Assembly: GCF_009914755.1 (NCBI RefSeq)
Contig: NC_060942.1
Source of the DNA: the human T2T-CHM13v2.0 reference genome, Homo sapiens
DNA length: 64,000 bases
Strand: one strand, 5' to 3'
In this document: in pieces, positions 34,415 through 50,652 of the stretch
Layout: each line of letters starts with the position of its first letter
How positions within the stretch are numbered: the first letter of the stretch is position 1
Translations under genes and position numbers: made by a program
The notes under the pieces: model-generated
Seen by the model: only the letters and a program-made list of their open reading frames with translations
Databases searched by the model: none
Told to the model about the DNA's origin: nothing

Positions 34415-34597
34415 AATCTGGTTCACAGCTCCGCCCTCTCCCAGCAGTGTGCCCTTGAGCAAGTCACTTAACCTCTTGCATGTCACTTTCCCGTTTGTAA
34501 AGTAGAGATAATAACAGTGCTTATTTTCCAGGGGTATTATGGGGACTAAACGAGTTACTTTAAAACTCCTTGAAGAGTACATAGCACATAGTAAATG
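34415..34597 (+). mobile_element. MIR SINE
   Basis: gtgtgcccttgagcaagtcacttaacctct...tgtaaagtagagataataacagt MIR core. Confidence 0.8.
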
Positions 34598-35339
34598 AAA
34601 AATCTATTTTTTGGAATATGCTTAAAAACAGGCTACATTGTCAAAACAAGGTGGTACTTAAGCAAAACAGCTTGTCACTAAATACGTCCAATAAGATAAT
34701 GCACCTAAAGACTTATGGTCCCATAAATCAAGGATGTCAAGAACAACATGAGTACATTTAACTCTATTATTGAATAGCTACAGTAAAAGCTATAGAGCGG
34801 GTGAGTTCATTCTCAAAAACTCCATAGTAAATTCCCAATGTATCCCAAACTTCAAAGAACTTCAAAGATATGTTCATCTTCAGTTGCCAAAATATACATG
34901 CACATTTGTTTCCTCTTAATTTCCATTTCTAAATGTCTCTGATAAAGTTATTTTTCCTTGGAACAGCTGAGCTCCATTAAACAGTTTTGTATCTATTATT
35001 GGGATACTTTGAAAAGGCGCGATGCAATGCCAAGAAGCAAATCAATCAGCTGATGTCTCCCAAACTTGCCCTGTCCATAGAGCATACATATTTTCTTGGC
35101 CATCTGATTAAGTAACACAAATTTGTCAAAGGACAGCTTAATGGCATTGAAATATATGTATTTCACTGTGGGAATTACTCACCAAAGGGTGCTACACATG
35201 ACATCCTGGGGAAAAAAAAATGCCTGACGTGAGGAGGGACAAGAGTAAACAGTCAAAAGTGGGCCATAAGTTCTAAAAATGCTGGTGACATTTATAGGCA
35301 ACTTCTTAAGTTGGATGAGCCTGACAGAATTTAGAGGTC

Positions 35340-36222
35340 TGTGATAGGCAGACATCTACAATGATCTCAATGATTCTGGCTTCCTGGTATTTATGTCCCT
35401 GTGTCATCTTCTCCCATTGGAGGGTAGGGACTTATTTCTAACCAGCAGATATGGCAAGGTGACAAGAAGTCACTTCCATGATTAAGTTATAAAAGACTAG
35501 GCTGGGTTCGTGGCTCCCACCTGTAATCCCAGCACTTTGGGAGGCTGAGACAGGAGGACTGCTTGAGGCCAGGAGTTTGAGACCAGCCTGGGCAACATAT
35601 CAAGATACCATCTCTAGAAAAGTAAAAAACTAGCCAGGCACAGTAGCATGCACCTACAGTCCCAGTTACTCAGGAGGCTGAAGCAGGAGGACCGCTTGAG
35701 CCCAAGAGGTCAAGGGTGCATGGACCTATGATTGTGCCACTGCACTCCATCCTGGGCTATAGGGCAGGACTCTGCTATATTTAAAAAACACACACACACA
35801 AAAAAAAAAAACAAAAAAAAACAGCAAGAAAATAATGACAGACCGTGACTGCCATCTTGCTGGCTCTCCCTGGGGCCTTGTGGCTTGCATGCTTCGATGA
35901 AGAACACTGCCACACTGAAGAGGCACATTTCAAGGAACTGAGAGTGGGCAACAGTCAGCGAAGAACTGAGGCCCTTGTCCAACGCCCCATGAGAAACTGA
36001 ATCCTGCCAATAACCATATGAGCCTGGAAGCAAATCCTTCAAACTTAGAACAGCTATGGTTCAGCTGACACCTGATTATAGCCTATGAGGGACTCTGAAG
36101 TAGAGGACTCAGCTAAACAGGGCCCAAATTGCTCACCAACAGAAACGAAGGGCAAGAAACGTGTTATTTTAAGCTGCTAAGTTTTGGAGCATTTTGTTAT
36201 GCAGCAATAGATAACTAACACA
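35340..36222 (+). mobile_element. MLT1E/F-like solo LTR, interrupted by AluJ
   Basis: tgtgataggcagac start, gaactgaggccct, aactgaatcctgccaataacca, end ttgttatgcagcaatagataactaacaca. Confidence 0.8.
35500..35820 (+). mobile_element. AluJ
   Basis: ggaggactgcttgaggccaggagtttgagacc; tail has evolved a (CA)n run. Confidence 0.9.
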
Positions 36223-37289
36223 AATGACAAAAATCAGACAAGGCATAAGGCTATTGGCGGTAACATCATCATGATTCTCTAAGGCTGGATGAATCTGACC
36301 TTTTCTTTTGGTTCCTTAAAACTCCCATTTAAATTAAAATGAAAAATTCCTTTTCTCCCAAAATTTACATTGCATGAATATGCTCCAAAACTCACATAAG
36401 AATCAACCAAAATTTTCAATTGGTCATGTTTTTCCAGACTAATATTTTTAATTTTACTTTCTATAGTTTACATTTTAAACACAGAGTCTTGTTTGCTTTT
36501 GAAAAATAATTTATAATAAACAAGCTTTTTTCAAATTCTATATGTTCTTGCCCCATGGAGAATTCTATCTGGTAAGTTCTCCCTACCCATTAATCTCCAG
36601 AATTCTCTTTGATGAATTTAGTTGACTTGAAGATCAGTGTATAATCTTGGACCCATAAAATTTTGAGTTCCAAAATAAACCTTTCATTTCCTTTAATAAG
36701 AAATAGGAAGCATTTATAAATGATTAGAATATATTTAATTCACTAATACTATCTCTGAAAAATTGATAAACTTATTATAAGTACTCCTTAACATTTCCTC
36801 CATTGAGAGAAATAAATTATAGAAGGCAATTAAACATTAGACTTTTTTTGGTTGGTTTTTAGTATTCATAATGGATCAAACCCAAGAAGCCAACAGCTTA
36901 ATTTTCATCCATTATCTGAGAAAATTATATATAGAAATATTACATAGGACCCAGAAAGACAGTACAATTTACATCCCTTGTAAATAAATTGAAATAATTC
37001 AGAGTCAAATATGTTCCAGTGAAGCTGAGCCCATGTGTCCATGTTCTAGCTGAACTGTGGCCAACCTTGGTATGAAGTGTGTGTGGTAATAGGGAGGAGG
37101 GAAATAGGGGGTGTTGCTGTCATTCTATTTTTTGTTTTTGTTCCTTTTGGACTTCCTACAGTTTCAAACTGCAGTGGTTTAGTCCTCTTCTCCCCACTGA
37201 TTTTCTTAACATGGCTGCTTCCACAAATGAACCCAATCTTTTTGTGTTGCAAGATTTTATGTCTTCCCAAATGAATTCATGTTCTAAAA

Positions 37290-37469
37290 CAGGTGTTGGC
37301 AAACTGGCTTTCTGTTTTGTTTGAAACACAGACATGCCCTTTATTTCCATATCATTTACCTCCTCTCAGGTCACAACAGCAGAGTTAAGTACTCATAACA
37401 GATTACAGAACCGGTAAACCCTGAAATATTTAATGTCTTGTCTTTACAGAAGAAGTTCATCAATTCCTG
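37290..37469. mobile_element. MER58A-like hAT MITE
   Basis: caggtgttggcaaact...caacagcagagttaagta...cctgaaatattta...ctttacagaagaagtt. Confidence 0.7.
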
Positions 37470-38044
37470 CCCCAAAAATCATGATAGAGACCCTAAGAAA
37501 CTAACAGTGTCTGTCCAGCCAGTGCTTTAGAAGAAAGTAGTTGGGCTGCTGGAAAAATATCAACTCAAAGACCTAGTCCCTAGAGGCAGGAAGAATCACA
37601 TAAGAATCTTTCCTTCATTCCTTCTCACGTGGGAACATTGGGCAATTCATTTAAGCTGTCTGAGATTGTTCTTCACTTATACAATGAGATCATCATGTCA
37701 TTAATCGGTTAGAGTAGCCATAATGACATTATAATTTATATATGGTAGCTTTGCAAAACACTCACCTTTTCATTGTTTAGTAGGATGATGTTTACTATTA
37801 CACTTGAATTAAGTAGAATTGTTTTGAGAGACTTTGTTCACTTAAATTCTATTCAGTACTCTAAGTCAGAGAAGAAGGGAAAATCATGACAAATGTTCTG
37901 ATGATGGGAAACTAAAAACAAGGACAAACAGGAGAATTTCAACACCATATGTCAGGGAGGTTTATACCAAACATAGGCAAAAAATTCTACATTAAATAAT
38001 TTAAGTAGAGCCTTGTAATAATGAGGCAGAGATACAGGGATCAT

Positions 38045-38985
<941 letters not shown>

Positions 38986-39749
38986 ATGAACACGTGGCAT
39001 GATAAATTACATTCCACAAAGGCAGAATTCTGTTTCTCAAAGCAAAGCTAAAGCATCAAGGATGAGAAATTATATAAAATGAAAGCAACAGATTTTTAAA
39101 ATTATAAAAACAGACACTTAAAAAGAATTCCTGTAATAGATCAGAAGAAGTGATACTATCAGCTTAATAGGGCTGATAAGAAAGTCATCCTTAATGTTCT
39201 ATTGCACCATATGCATCTGAAAAAATGGAATATATCAAAAAAGGCAAGCACTGTTTTAAAGAATTTATATAATAGTGCTGGGAAACTAGTACCACTGCTA
39301 AAATGTGCCTGGCCAAGAGTCCAAGAAAGTACGGGACTGAGGGTGCTTTGGAATGGCTCTGAAGTGCCATTTCCCACACATCCTTTCCTCCCCGCAGGCA
39401 GTAATTCTAGGTTACTCTCCCCTTCTGGTGCCACTGCAGAAGTGCCTCATAGAGCTGAACCTTCTCTGAAGCTCTCACCCACCAACATCCCTCTTTCTCA
39501 TGGCCGGCCACACATGGCTTCCCCCATGACTACTGAACTCTCGAACCCCACTAGGGATGAAGGCTGATGCCTCCAAGATCTCGCCAAACCCAGGCCACCC
39601 AGAAAGTTGCCTTTTCCCTCTTTTTAAAAATTCTTAAAAATTTTTAAAGTAACAAGCCAACAAGTATAACTTAGATTCTCCTCCAAATTTTGGCTTCCTT
39701 CTCGGGAAGCCTTGGATTGCTCTAGTTGGATCCCAATGCTTTCCATATT

Positions 39750-39894
39750 TTACACAAAAAGTTACCTGGGGAACTGGTGAAGATGCAGAGTCCAGGGCCC
39801 CACCCTTGACTCGCAGGGGCCTAGGATTCTGCACAAATGAACTCCTCCTGGACTTAATGTAGGTGATCCCCGCACCATACCTGAAGAAATCCTG
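39750..39894. mobile_element. Degraded MER5-family MITE
   Basis: ttacctggggaactggtgaagatgcagagtccagggccccaccc...ggggcctaggattctgca. Confidence 0.5.
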
Positions 39895-40179
39895 CTAACG
39901 AATCTAGAATTCTGTGCCAGGCCTCTGCAAACATTCATTAAATATTATTTAGGGAAAGTTTTCAGTGAAATATACAGTATTAAAGTATTTTTATTGTTTT
40001 CCTCCCAGAAAAAGACTTAAAATTTTCTATATGGCTAATATTTAGGATTAAAAAGAGTCTGATTATGTACATATGATTTTCAGGTAAGCTGTGCAACTTA
40101 GAAAAAATGATGCTGGTTAAGTTGAAGACAAGGATTGTATCTATAAAACTAATGCGAGAGGCCGCGAGAGGCCCCGAGA

Positions 40180-40558
<379 letters not shown>

Positions 40559-42246
40559 TTAAACGAGCATCACCACCTTTCATGCAAAATGTCAAATTTC
40601 AAACACACGTATTCTGGAAGCAGGGGTTTATTATGTTTGGTTTTTGTAGTCTATGAAAACAGACTTTCCTTAGAGAGTAAAATATTAAGTGCTCTATTTA
40701 AATTTTATCTACATTCATTCTGTAACACACAAAAACTAAAATAATTTATAAAATATCTATCAGAAGATAACAAATAAGCAGCCGATTTCAAAGCACTACA
40801 GGAATATTTTAATTGTATCAGCCACATAGTAGGTGATTTTTCTAACTCCCAGAAAGAAGAGCTGATTTACTATGCTCCTTTTTGGCCTCCTTGAAGCTTA
40901 ACTGATCCTTTCCATGGAACCATAAAGCAAAATAGAATCACTAACTGTATTTGTCTGCTAAAAATCCATTGCTGTATGTAGGCTTTTTATTAAGAAATTT
41001 TAAAATTAACCCTCACCATTATGAAATAAAAACTCTGTATTTCTGAACAATTGCTTTTTCCTTACAAAAAGGACATGATTTTATACCATCCTGCAAATGA
41101 TCTTTTCAAACTACATAAGATGTACTTTTGCAGCTCACATGCACCCATGTATTGCAGGTGCTCTAAACTAGAAGAGGAATGTTTTTCTCTCAGGTCCTTC
41201 CTTTTCCCTTTCGAGGTCCTCTTTTCCATTGGTATGGTTTCAAGAGCTTCACGGCACAAAATGAAAAGCTAGTAACGTTGTCTTTCTTAGTAAGGAGATG
41301 AGGGAAAGAGGGAAAGAGGTGGGAAAATGGATGACAAAGATTCATCTGTATGACAAAGAAAGGGCATTTTAAAAGGGCTGGTTCAGACTTATATCACAGA
41401 AATTCACCTGGGTCTCTTTTTCCATTAAACCTTTTAAGAGGAAACCCTGATTTGATTTATACCTATTTCTATATTAGTGTTAGGGAATGCAATGAGTAGT
41501 TGATAACGAATTGGAACATTTAGCACAATATCAGGTAGAGTCCTGACTTTTGAAAACCTTCACATCTAATATGAAGTTTAGTTCCAGACATTGACAAAAC
41601 AGAATATATGAAGCTTTATGTTAATACAATCAATATACAATTGAAAGAGCTCAAAACTAGGTCATAAGATATGCCTTTTATTTAAATTACTAGTTATTCA
41701 CAGGCCTTAATTTTTCCAGAATAGAAAATAAGCTGAAGAGAGCCTAGAGGGCATAAAGAGAAAGGTTCCATGAGCAGATCTTCAGGTATCCAAGGACCTT
41801 CCTGGACTCTCTTATACGGTATCTCGCTGTAAATATATGCATCTCTATATATGTGTGTATATATCCATATACAAACATTTTAAAGGAGACTTCAGTTCTC
41901 CCCCTATAATGACAGTAAATACCTATTATAAAAGACTCCAAATATTCAGAAGTACGTAAAAAACTCAGTATGCACTCTCAACACAATTTCACTTCTCATT
42001 CAGACCCTTTTCTCTATATCGGTGTGAGCACCCACAACATTTTTGTTTTCATGGAAATGGTCACACATAATGCATATTATTCCACTCAAAATATTTGGGA
42101 TACCATTCCACGTCAGTATATACAGATTTAACTCGTCTTATTATGGCTTCTAAATATTTACTAGTATAGATTTATCATTTACCCATTCCCTGACTCGTGG
42201 ACTTTCATGTTCTAGTTTATTGCAATTACAAATAATGAAATACCAA

Positions 42247-42601
42247 TGATAAGGTTTGGCTGTGTCCACACCCAAATCTCATCTTGAATTGTACTCCCAT
42301 AATTCCCATGTGTTGTGGGAGGGACCCAGTGGGAGATAATTTGAATCATGAGGGCAGTTTCTCCCTTACTGTTCTCATGGTAGTGAATAAGTCTCATGAG
42401 ATCTGACGGTTTTATCAGGGGGTTCCCCTTTTACATCTTCCTCATTTTCTCTTGCTGCTGCCATGTAAGAAGTGCCTTTCACCTCCTGCCATGATTCTGA
42501 GGACTCCCCAGCCATGTGGAACTGTAAGTCCAATTAAACCTCTTTTTCTTCTGAGTCTCAGGTACGTCTCTTTGTCAGCAGCGTGAAAATGAACTAATAC
42601 A
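42247..42601 (+). mobile_element. THE1A/B solo LTR
   Basis: tgataaggtttggctgtgtcc...gaactaataca; TSD accaa / atcaa. Confidence 0.93.
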
Positions 42602-42921
42602 ATCAACATCCCTATATAATGCATTCTAGGGAGCTTATAGGAATACCTGTATATGTAGAAGTGGAATTGGCCCAGTCATGAACTTTTTCTCTTTTGAAAT
42701 GCATTGACAACCCTTTAAAAGGGTCAATCTATTCTCTCACCAAAACGTATGACATTCTTCTATAAGCTTAACACTAGATATGAACTATATGCTGAATATT
42801 TGTAGATTTTCCAATGAAAATAGCCTTTCGTTTTCATTTGCATTTCTTTGACTAATGAAGTTGTGTATTTTTTGTGTTTATGAGTCATCCCCATTTCATC
42901 AATAAACTGCCTGTTCGTATC

Positions 42922-43236
42922 TGTAGTAGACTGTTACACGGGGGCTTCCCATGAATCACCCCTCATATTCACACTCTAATGTTATCACCTCCTACATTGG
43001 CTCTGGGCTTGGCCATGTAACTTCTTTCTGGTCAACAGTGAATTAGTCATCATAGCCCAAGCTGAGGCTTGATAAGGGTTTGTACAGTGGGGTTTTTATC
43101 TTTGTGTAGCTCCCTCTTAGAACCCTATGCCATTTCACAGAGGCCCAGTCCCCTGCAGGAAAGGCCGTATGAAGAAAGAGCTGAACAACCATTTGAACAA
43201 ACTATTTGAAGTGGTTTGTTCAACAGCAATAGATAA
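42922..43236 (+). mobile_element. MLT1G/H-like LTR, internally deleted
   Basis: tgtagtagactgt start, ctgggcttggccatgtaactt, end gtggtttgttcaacagcaatagataa. Confidence 0.65.
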
Positions 43237-43658
43237 AAGAAACAAAAGCCTTGATCTATTTTTGTATTTTCTTACTAATTTGTAGAAACCTGTTATAGTT
43301 AAGAAATCCAAATCCCTTCCCACATTATATCTGGTAAATATTTTCCTTAGTCTGTTCTTTGCATTTTAAACATGTTAATCTTCTATATGGCAAAAGTGAC
43401 ATAGTCAAATATGTTACTTCTAGGCTTTGTGTCTATAGTAATTTAAAACAATCTTTTATCTAAATCAACAGAACTTTGAGTTATCCATAGCAATCTCATC
43501 CAATCTGTGGAGCTTGGCCATTCTTTTTCTGTTTTTCTAGCAGTAAAACAGATTAAAAGAAGAAAGGTAGGTGAATTTGTTAGTAAAATATTGTAAAAGC
43601 CCAGGTGAGAATTACATGGGGTTTAAAGCAGGACCATCAGGGCTGTGGTTAGAGGAAT

Positions 43659-43823
43659 GGGAGAGAGAAAGAGAGGGGGAGAGAGGGGGAGAGAGGGGGA
43701 GAGAGGGGGAGAGAAAGGGAAAGAGGGGGAGAGAGAGGGAGGTAGGGAGAGGGAGGGGAAGAGAGGAAAGGAGAGAGAGGGGAGAGAGAGGGAGGGAGAG
43801 GGAAAAGGAGAGGGAGAGAGAGG
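43659..43823 (+). repeat. Roughly 165-bp GA-rich polypurine tract including (GAGAGGGGGA)n
   Basis: Almost pure A/G run seen directly. Confidence 0.95.
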
Positions 43824-43891
43824 CACAATGGCTCACGCCTGTAATCCCAGCACTTTGGGAGGCTAAGGCGGGCAGATCACCTGAGGTCAGG
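43821..43891 (+). mobile_element. Alu 5' head fragment (about 70 bp)
   Basis: aggcacaatggctcacgcctgtaatcccagcactttgggagg...cacctgaggtcagg, then non-Alu sequence. Confidence 0.9.
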
Positions 43892-45313
43892 TGAGGGGAG
43901 GGTTATCTGAGGGGAGCAGGGAGGTGGAAAAAATAAGACAGAGCAGTCATAGATCTGGAGTTCGAGTTGACCTTAGAGAAAACAGTAGAGCTCCTGGCAG
44001 AAATTAAAACTGGGCAAGTTAAGTTGATTTGGGGGATAAGACAAAGAGCCCTGTTTTCAAGATGTCAACTAGCAGTTGACATGTCCAGAAGGCAATAGCA
44101 GACAGAAAATTGGCCCCAGGGAGAGGGCAGCTTTGAAGATTCTGATTAGGGCATCATCAGCCACAAGAACAGAGCAATTTAAATTAGCACAAAAAACTGA
44201 AGGTGACAGATGACCAACATCTCACAGCTCATTAAAAGCACTCCTGGGACGTGGATCACACACCTGATAAAGATTTCAACACACAAAATATTTGCTTTGA
44301 GCTGAAGACAATTTTGGTCTAATGAGTGCTGACAGTACTTCTGGCTACACTTCATGAAATGGTCGAGACAAAGGAAATGTATGCAAACAGTGAGACCTCC
44401 AGTGGTGTGGGCTACGTCTGGGCGGCCCAGAAGCATGCTGACAGAAGCAGAGTGCTGGGGCACTAGGAAGGCTCTTCCTGCTTGGCTGCCACAGCTGATT
44501 CAGCAGGAGAAAACCGAGATCATCCTGTTCTCACAGGAAAGTGCAACCTGACCGAAATAAGAACACACGGGCATTTTGGCCAGGATTTTGAAGAATTTTA
44601 CTTTCACACACTGCACTTTTATTCTCCTTGTGGTTGGAATGAAGAAATAGACACTCAGTGAATTGAAGTGCTTTAAAGAACCGAAAATGTGGTCACAGTG
44701 CCATCACGTGATGTGAACTATCTGCTGGATGAAATGTTCAAGAGTGCTGGAGAGAGACCAAGAGTTTATCCAAGACAGTCTCGTCTTATGAGTAAGACAA
44801 CTGAGGTCCGAGATCATATCACTGGCCAGTGGTTTGTTGGGGCCAAGACTATGCCCCTTCACTCTCACTCAGTGGTCTTTCCTTTAAAAGAAAGATATCT
44901 TTGTTAGGAGAGCAGGTGGGAACATTTGTACTGACATGAAGACAATAAAATTATATGGATACTTTCTGATTTCTCTGGTTTCCATTATTTAAAGATAGTG
45001 AGTTATATCTAAAGGAAAACTTAAGAGGATGGCTTTGATCTTCCAGCCTATGAAGGAGGTGGGTTAGGGTGAATAGAGATTGCAGGGTGTGGCTAGGTCA
45101 TCAGGATTCCTTTCAAGAACAAGAACAGAGCAACTTAAATTTCCTGTGATCTGACAAGACGCAATCATATAAAAAAGAAATCTAGGAAGCCCTCCTGAGA
45201 GACCCTACATAGGGAAAATCAGCTGCTGTCATGCAAATGAAATCACCAACTGACCAACCCATTGCAGAAAGCCCTTACAACCAAGAACACCACAAGCAAA
45301 GAAATACACTTTG

Positions 45314-45766
<453 letters not shown>

Positions 45767-46857
45767 TCACTTTGCATGGTGAGGGTCTTCTTTTCACTTG
45801 GATATATAGACCACACCGTGTTTCACATGTGATCAAGTATAAAATATTCCACACTGCAAAATAGCAAGGTATGATTCAAATATAGCAGTGTTCTAGAAAT
45901 GTAACATTGGTAAAAAATAATGCATCAGGATGAATGCAAATTTTAGCTAAGCCATTCTTCTTATTCTTCTGTTTTTCTTATTATGCCATCTCCTAAAGAA
46001 TTTCAGGTCAAACTCCAGTTTGAAGGAGCAAATGATACAAATGAGCACCCCACCAAGGGCTATAAAAACAGGTCCCCCAACGCCAACCGAATTAAGAGCG
46101 TCTAATATTTTATTGCAGTAATTGAAGCTGATTTTTAAAATAAACTCCATCTGGTGCACCGGGGCTCAGGAAGGTAACCTCTGTCAGTCAGGTGATTAAG
46201 ACCTTGGGAACAGCAAAGACCTTACTCCAAGTCCCACTGACTTCTGTTAATACCTGAGCAACTGTCAGGAGGGAGATGCCAGAACACACCAATTATTATA
46301 TGATGAACAGGCAGGCCCAGCAGTCAAATGTGCTGCAGTGATATAGTACCCAGTTGGGCAATTAACTTGTCCCTAGCAAAATTTGTGGACAACAAAGCAC
46401 TTATAATCTACAGCTGCTATCCACATTGGTCAGTGATTGCACTGAAATTGATTCTTCTCAATAGGCATGGGGTAAAGAGTACAGCAATGTGACATTAGTG
46501 GCCCACTCATTTTGCAGAGTCTGCCCATTATCCTCCCCATCATGCAGATAAGCAAGCTGAGACTCAGAGTAATTTGCCCAAGGATACAATAGAGGACCTT
46601 GTGCCAGATGGTTGTTGGACTGCTGCCTGGCTTTCTCTGGAGCCAACGGGCAAGGACATTATTGGAATGGGCACTTTCAGGAATCCTTAAAGCATCTCTG
46701 GGTCCAATCCGGTTTGCTTTGTTTATCCCCAGCTTTAGCTTGTTTACACAAAAGTTACCTGGAGACTGTGTCATCATTCAAACCCTATAGATACCCAAGC
46801 CAGCAAAACCACCACAAGCTCTGGAGCAGCCTCTTGGTGGGCAAGCTTCCTCTAATT

Positions 46858-47070
46858 CAGGGATTGGCAAACTATGACCCATGGACCAAATCCAGTCCAC
46901 TGCCTGTTTTATGAATAAAATGTGCTGGAACACAGCCATACTCATTTGTTTCCACATTGCCTATGGCTGATTTCGAGTGACAACAGCAGAGCTGAGTGGT
47001 TGTGACAGAGGCAATCTAGCCTCAAAAGCCTAAAATAACTATCTGGCCTTTAGAGAGTTTTCTGGATCCT
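46858..47070. mobile_element. MER58A hAT MITE
   Basis: cagggattggcaaactatgacccatgg...ggaacacagccatactcatttg...caaaagcctaaaata. Confidence 0.85.
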
Positions 47071-47380
47071 AACTGGTGGCGTCGCTGCTCAGAAGGGCCT
47101 TCATCTGCACTCAGAAGCCTTCACAACACCACCCTCCGCAGTGGGCTGACTCCCTGGTCAATCTTTTCCTTCCTCAAGTGGACTGGACTCAAAAGTACTC
47201 ATAGGTTCCCTCAGGAAAGGAAAAGCTGCACCTCAGACAAGTTAGGCCTGCCCAAACCGTGAGCCCTGTGACGTTAGAACATTAGCAGCTCAAGAATCCT
47301 AATGCAAACCCCAAACAGCAGGTGCCATTCTCTGAAGGTGTTTTGGAAAACATTTTCCAACTCATGGAGACAGAAAAATA

Positions 47381-48268
<888 letters not shown>

Positions 48269-48520
48269 AATACTAATTATTTTTTCACTACTGTTGGTCA
48301 CCATCTGTTTATAAGAGACTAGTCCTTTAAAAAACTATTAACATTTCCAGTGATTCAGGACTTCTTTGTTGAAGTGGAATACTTTTGACATGGACAAACG
48401 AAGGGGAATTCAAAGTCAGAAAGACTTACTTAGTTCAAATCTTGACTGTCATCTATGGCCTCTAGAACCCTGGAGCAAGTTATTTAGTCTTCCTAGTGCT
48501 CAGTTTCTTCGTCTGCAATA

Positions 48521-48960
48521 TGCATTAGGTATCGATTGCTGTGTAACTGACTACCCCAAAACTCAGTGGCTGAAAACCAGCACCCATTATTTGCTCATTG
48601 CACTCCATGTGGCCTAAGCTCAGCTGGGCAACGCACGCCTTGGCCACTCATGGCTGTAACTGGCTCACAGCTGGCCTGGGGATGGAGGGTATAAGATGGC
48701 CTCAATTCACACAACTGGTACCTTGGTGCCAGCTACCGTCTGGCCCTTCTCCATGGGCCTCTCATCACTCAGTAGTCTGGCCTGGACTTCCTCAAATGAG
48801 GGCAGGGACATTCCAAAAAGTGGTAAGGCTCTTTGTGGCTCAGGCCCTGGACCTCACACAACATCGCTTCGGGCACATTCTACCAGTCAATGAAAGCCAC
48901 AAGGAGTTAAGAAATGGACTCTCCCTCTTAAAGGCCTGCAAATTATTGTGAGCATTTTTC
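48521..48960 (-). mobile_element. MLT1H-like LTR
   Basis: attgctgtgtaactgactaccccaaaactcagtggctgaaaac is the reverse of the MLT1 3' end; aagatggcctca and cacattctaccagtcaa motifs. Confidence 0.7.
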
Positions 48961-50652
48961 CCCCAGGATGTTCACGCCTTTGTGTATTATGAAGTAACAC
49001 ACGTAGAGTGTTTCGTCAGAGGGTCAGTTCATGAACTTATATGGGGCACACACAAAAAGAACTTCTCTTGTCTCCATCCAGCTTTTGTCAAGATTATATG
49101 TCTTAACAAAGACTTTCCTCCCACTAGCCTACATCTAGGTTTTGGCAGCACCTGGAGCCAACCCAACATCTCTTTATGCTTCCACTCGCCAAGTATCCAT
49201 TTGCTGACTTAATCATCCAAAAGAAGAGTATTTCAAAGTTGGCAATAGTTCCCACATCGTTTTTCTATCAGTAAACCTGGTTTGGAAAGATCACTTTACT
49301 GTGGGAAGTAGTCTAAATAAAAAAGGGAAATACCTGGTCAAATTCATTTATCATAATGTGAAGAGGCAGCTGATGGAAGATGTGTCTGGAGTATTTTCAC
49401 TTGCCTCTCTAGTGAAAGGAACAAATGTAACCAATCACTTTGAAAAACAAAATCACCATACACTTATGTCTTTGAAATGAATGTTTCGATTTGGTTAAGG
49501 AGGGAGTTTCCTCCTTGAATTGATGCTAAACTTCCTCTGATCTATAATGTAGCTGTCCCACCTGTCCAGCCATACAAAGATATAAAACAGTAACACTGAG
49601 GAGATAAGGCAGAGATGGAATGGTAGTCTCCTCTAGTTGCATTGCTACACTTACACCTTCTTTTATGGTGTAAGAGGAGGAGGATCTCCTCCTCCATGTG
49701 TTGGGATGCACCACCACTAGCCACGCTGGTTATAGCCTGTGTACAGAAGGTTGCCCATCCTAATCTTGAGATCATTAGGACAGCAAACCTCTGGCCAAAT
49801 TAATGTGACATAATTTTAAGAAGTCCCTGTTCTACTCAGCCAGTCTACCCTGGAGAAAGAGTTTACCCTCATTTCATCACAGTCATTAATTTAATGATCT
49901 TGCATTATAGCTCAATTGATGCAACACAGTCTCATTCAAGCATGAGCACATGTAACAGACTTCAAAAGCACAGGGGACATTCTTACTGAACCAAAGAGGA
50001 AACTGAGACCCTGAGAGGTTGTTACAGTCATGCACAACCAAAGATTGCTACACACACACAACCATTGAACTGGCCAGGCATATGTAACCCAGATGCAGTT
50101 AACAGCCCTGCCTTGGAAATCAACAGATGGGCTGCTGGTCCCTGAATGGATATGGAGTCGTAGCTGCTGGGAAATGTTGATAGTGCCTTTTCAATAGCAT
50201 CATAAACTCAAGCCATTAAAATCCTTCCTGTTCCTGTGTTGAAGGAAAGAGGATGAAGTTTTGTACATGATCCAGACCAGTCGCAGTGCCACTCCTATTT
50301 GGGAAACATACACTTTAGGTGCTCTGTAGGCAGCCTTCTGCTACTGAGCCAAAAACTGACAAGTGGTACTGAAATGTCACTGCTGTTTTCAGCTACCCGG
50401 GTCAGCCACAGATTCCAAAGTGTTCCTCCAACACTGCAGCCTCTGCCACCACTATGGCGACCCGGAGGCCAGAGGAAGAGCAATCCTTTTAGTTCTGCAA
50501 GTGTAATTAAAATAAATTTGTGTATTACAAAGCATGGCCAATAGCTTTCCCTTTCCTTTCAGATTTTAGAGAAGTCACTGCTGTGGACATAACATCTGGA
50601 AGACAGGTCTGGTTAATGATCAATGTTCGAATTAATGAAGATAGAGTGTACT

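Larger units (their letters stand above)
41915..43435 (-). mobile_element. Old L1ME-like fragment hosting THE1 and MLT1 LTRs
   Basis: ccattccacgtcagtatatacagattt, tattgcaattacaaataatg, tagaagtggaattg and ttttcatttgcatttctttgactaatgaagttg in collinear order. Confidence 0.65.

Noticed and set aside
41709-41790. Possible 66-nt exon (tttttccag...cag/gtatcc)
   Set aside because: Short pyrimidine tract and weak donor; expected by chance.
43571-43894. R/E/G-rich and S/L/P-rich ORFs
   Set aside because: Artefacts of the GA-rich simple repeat.
50444-50462. CTCF-like sites here and near 53609
   Set aside because: Core spacing or the 3' half deviates from CCASYAGRKGGCR.
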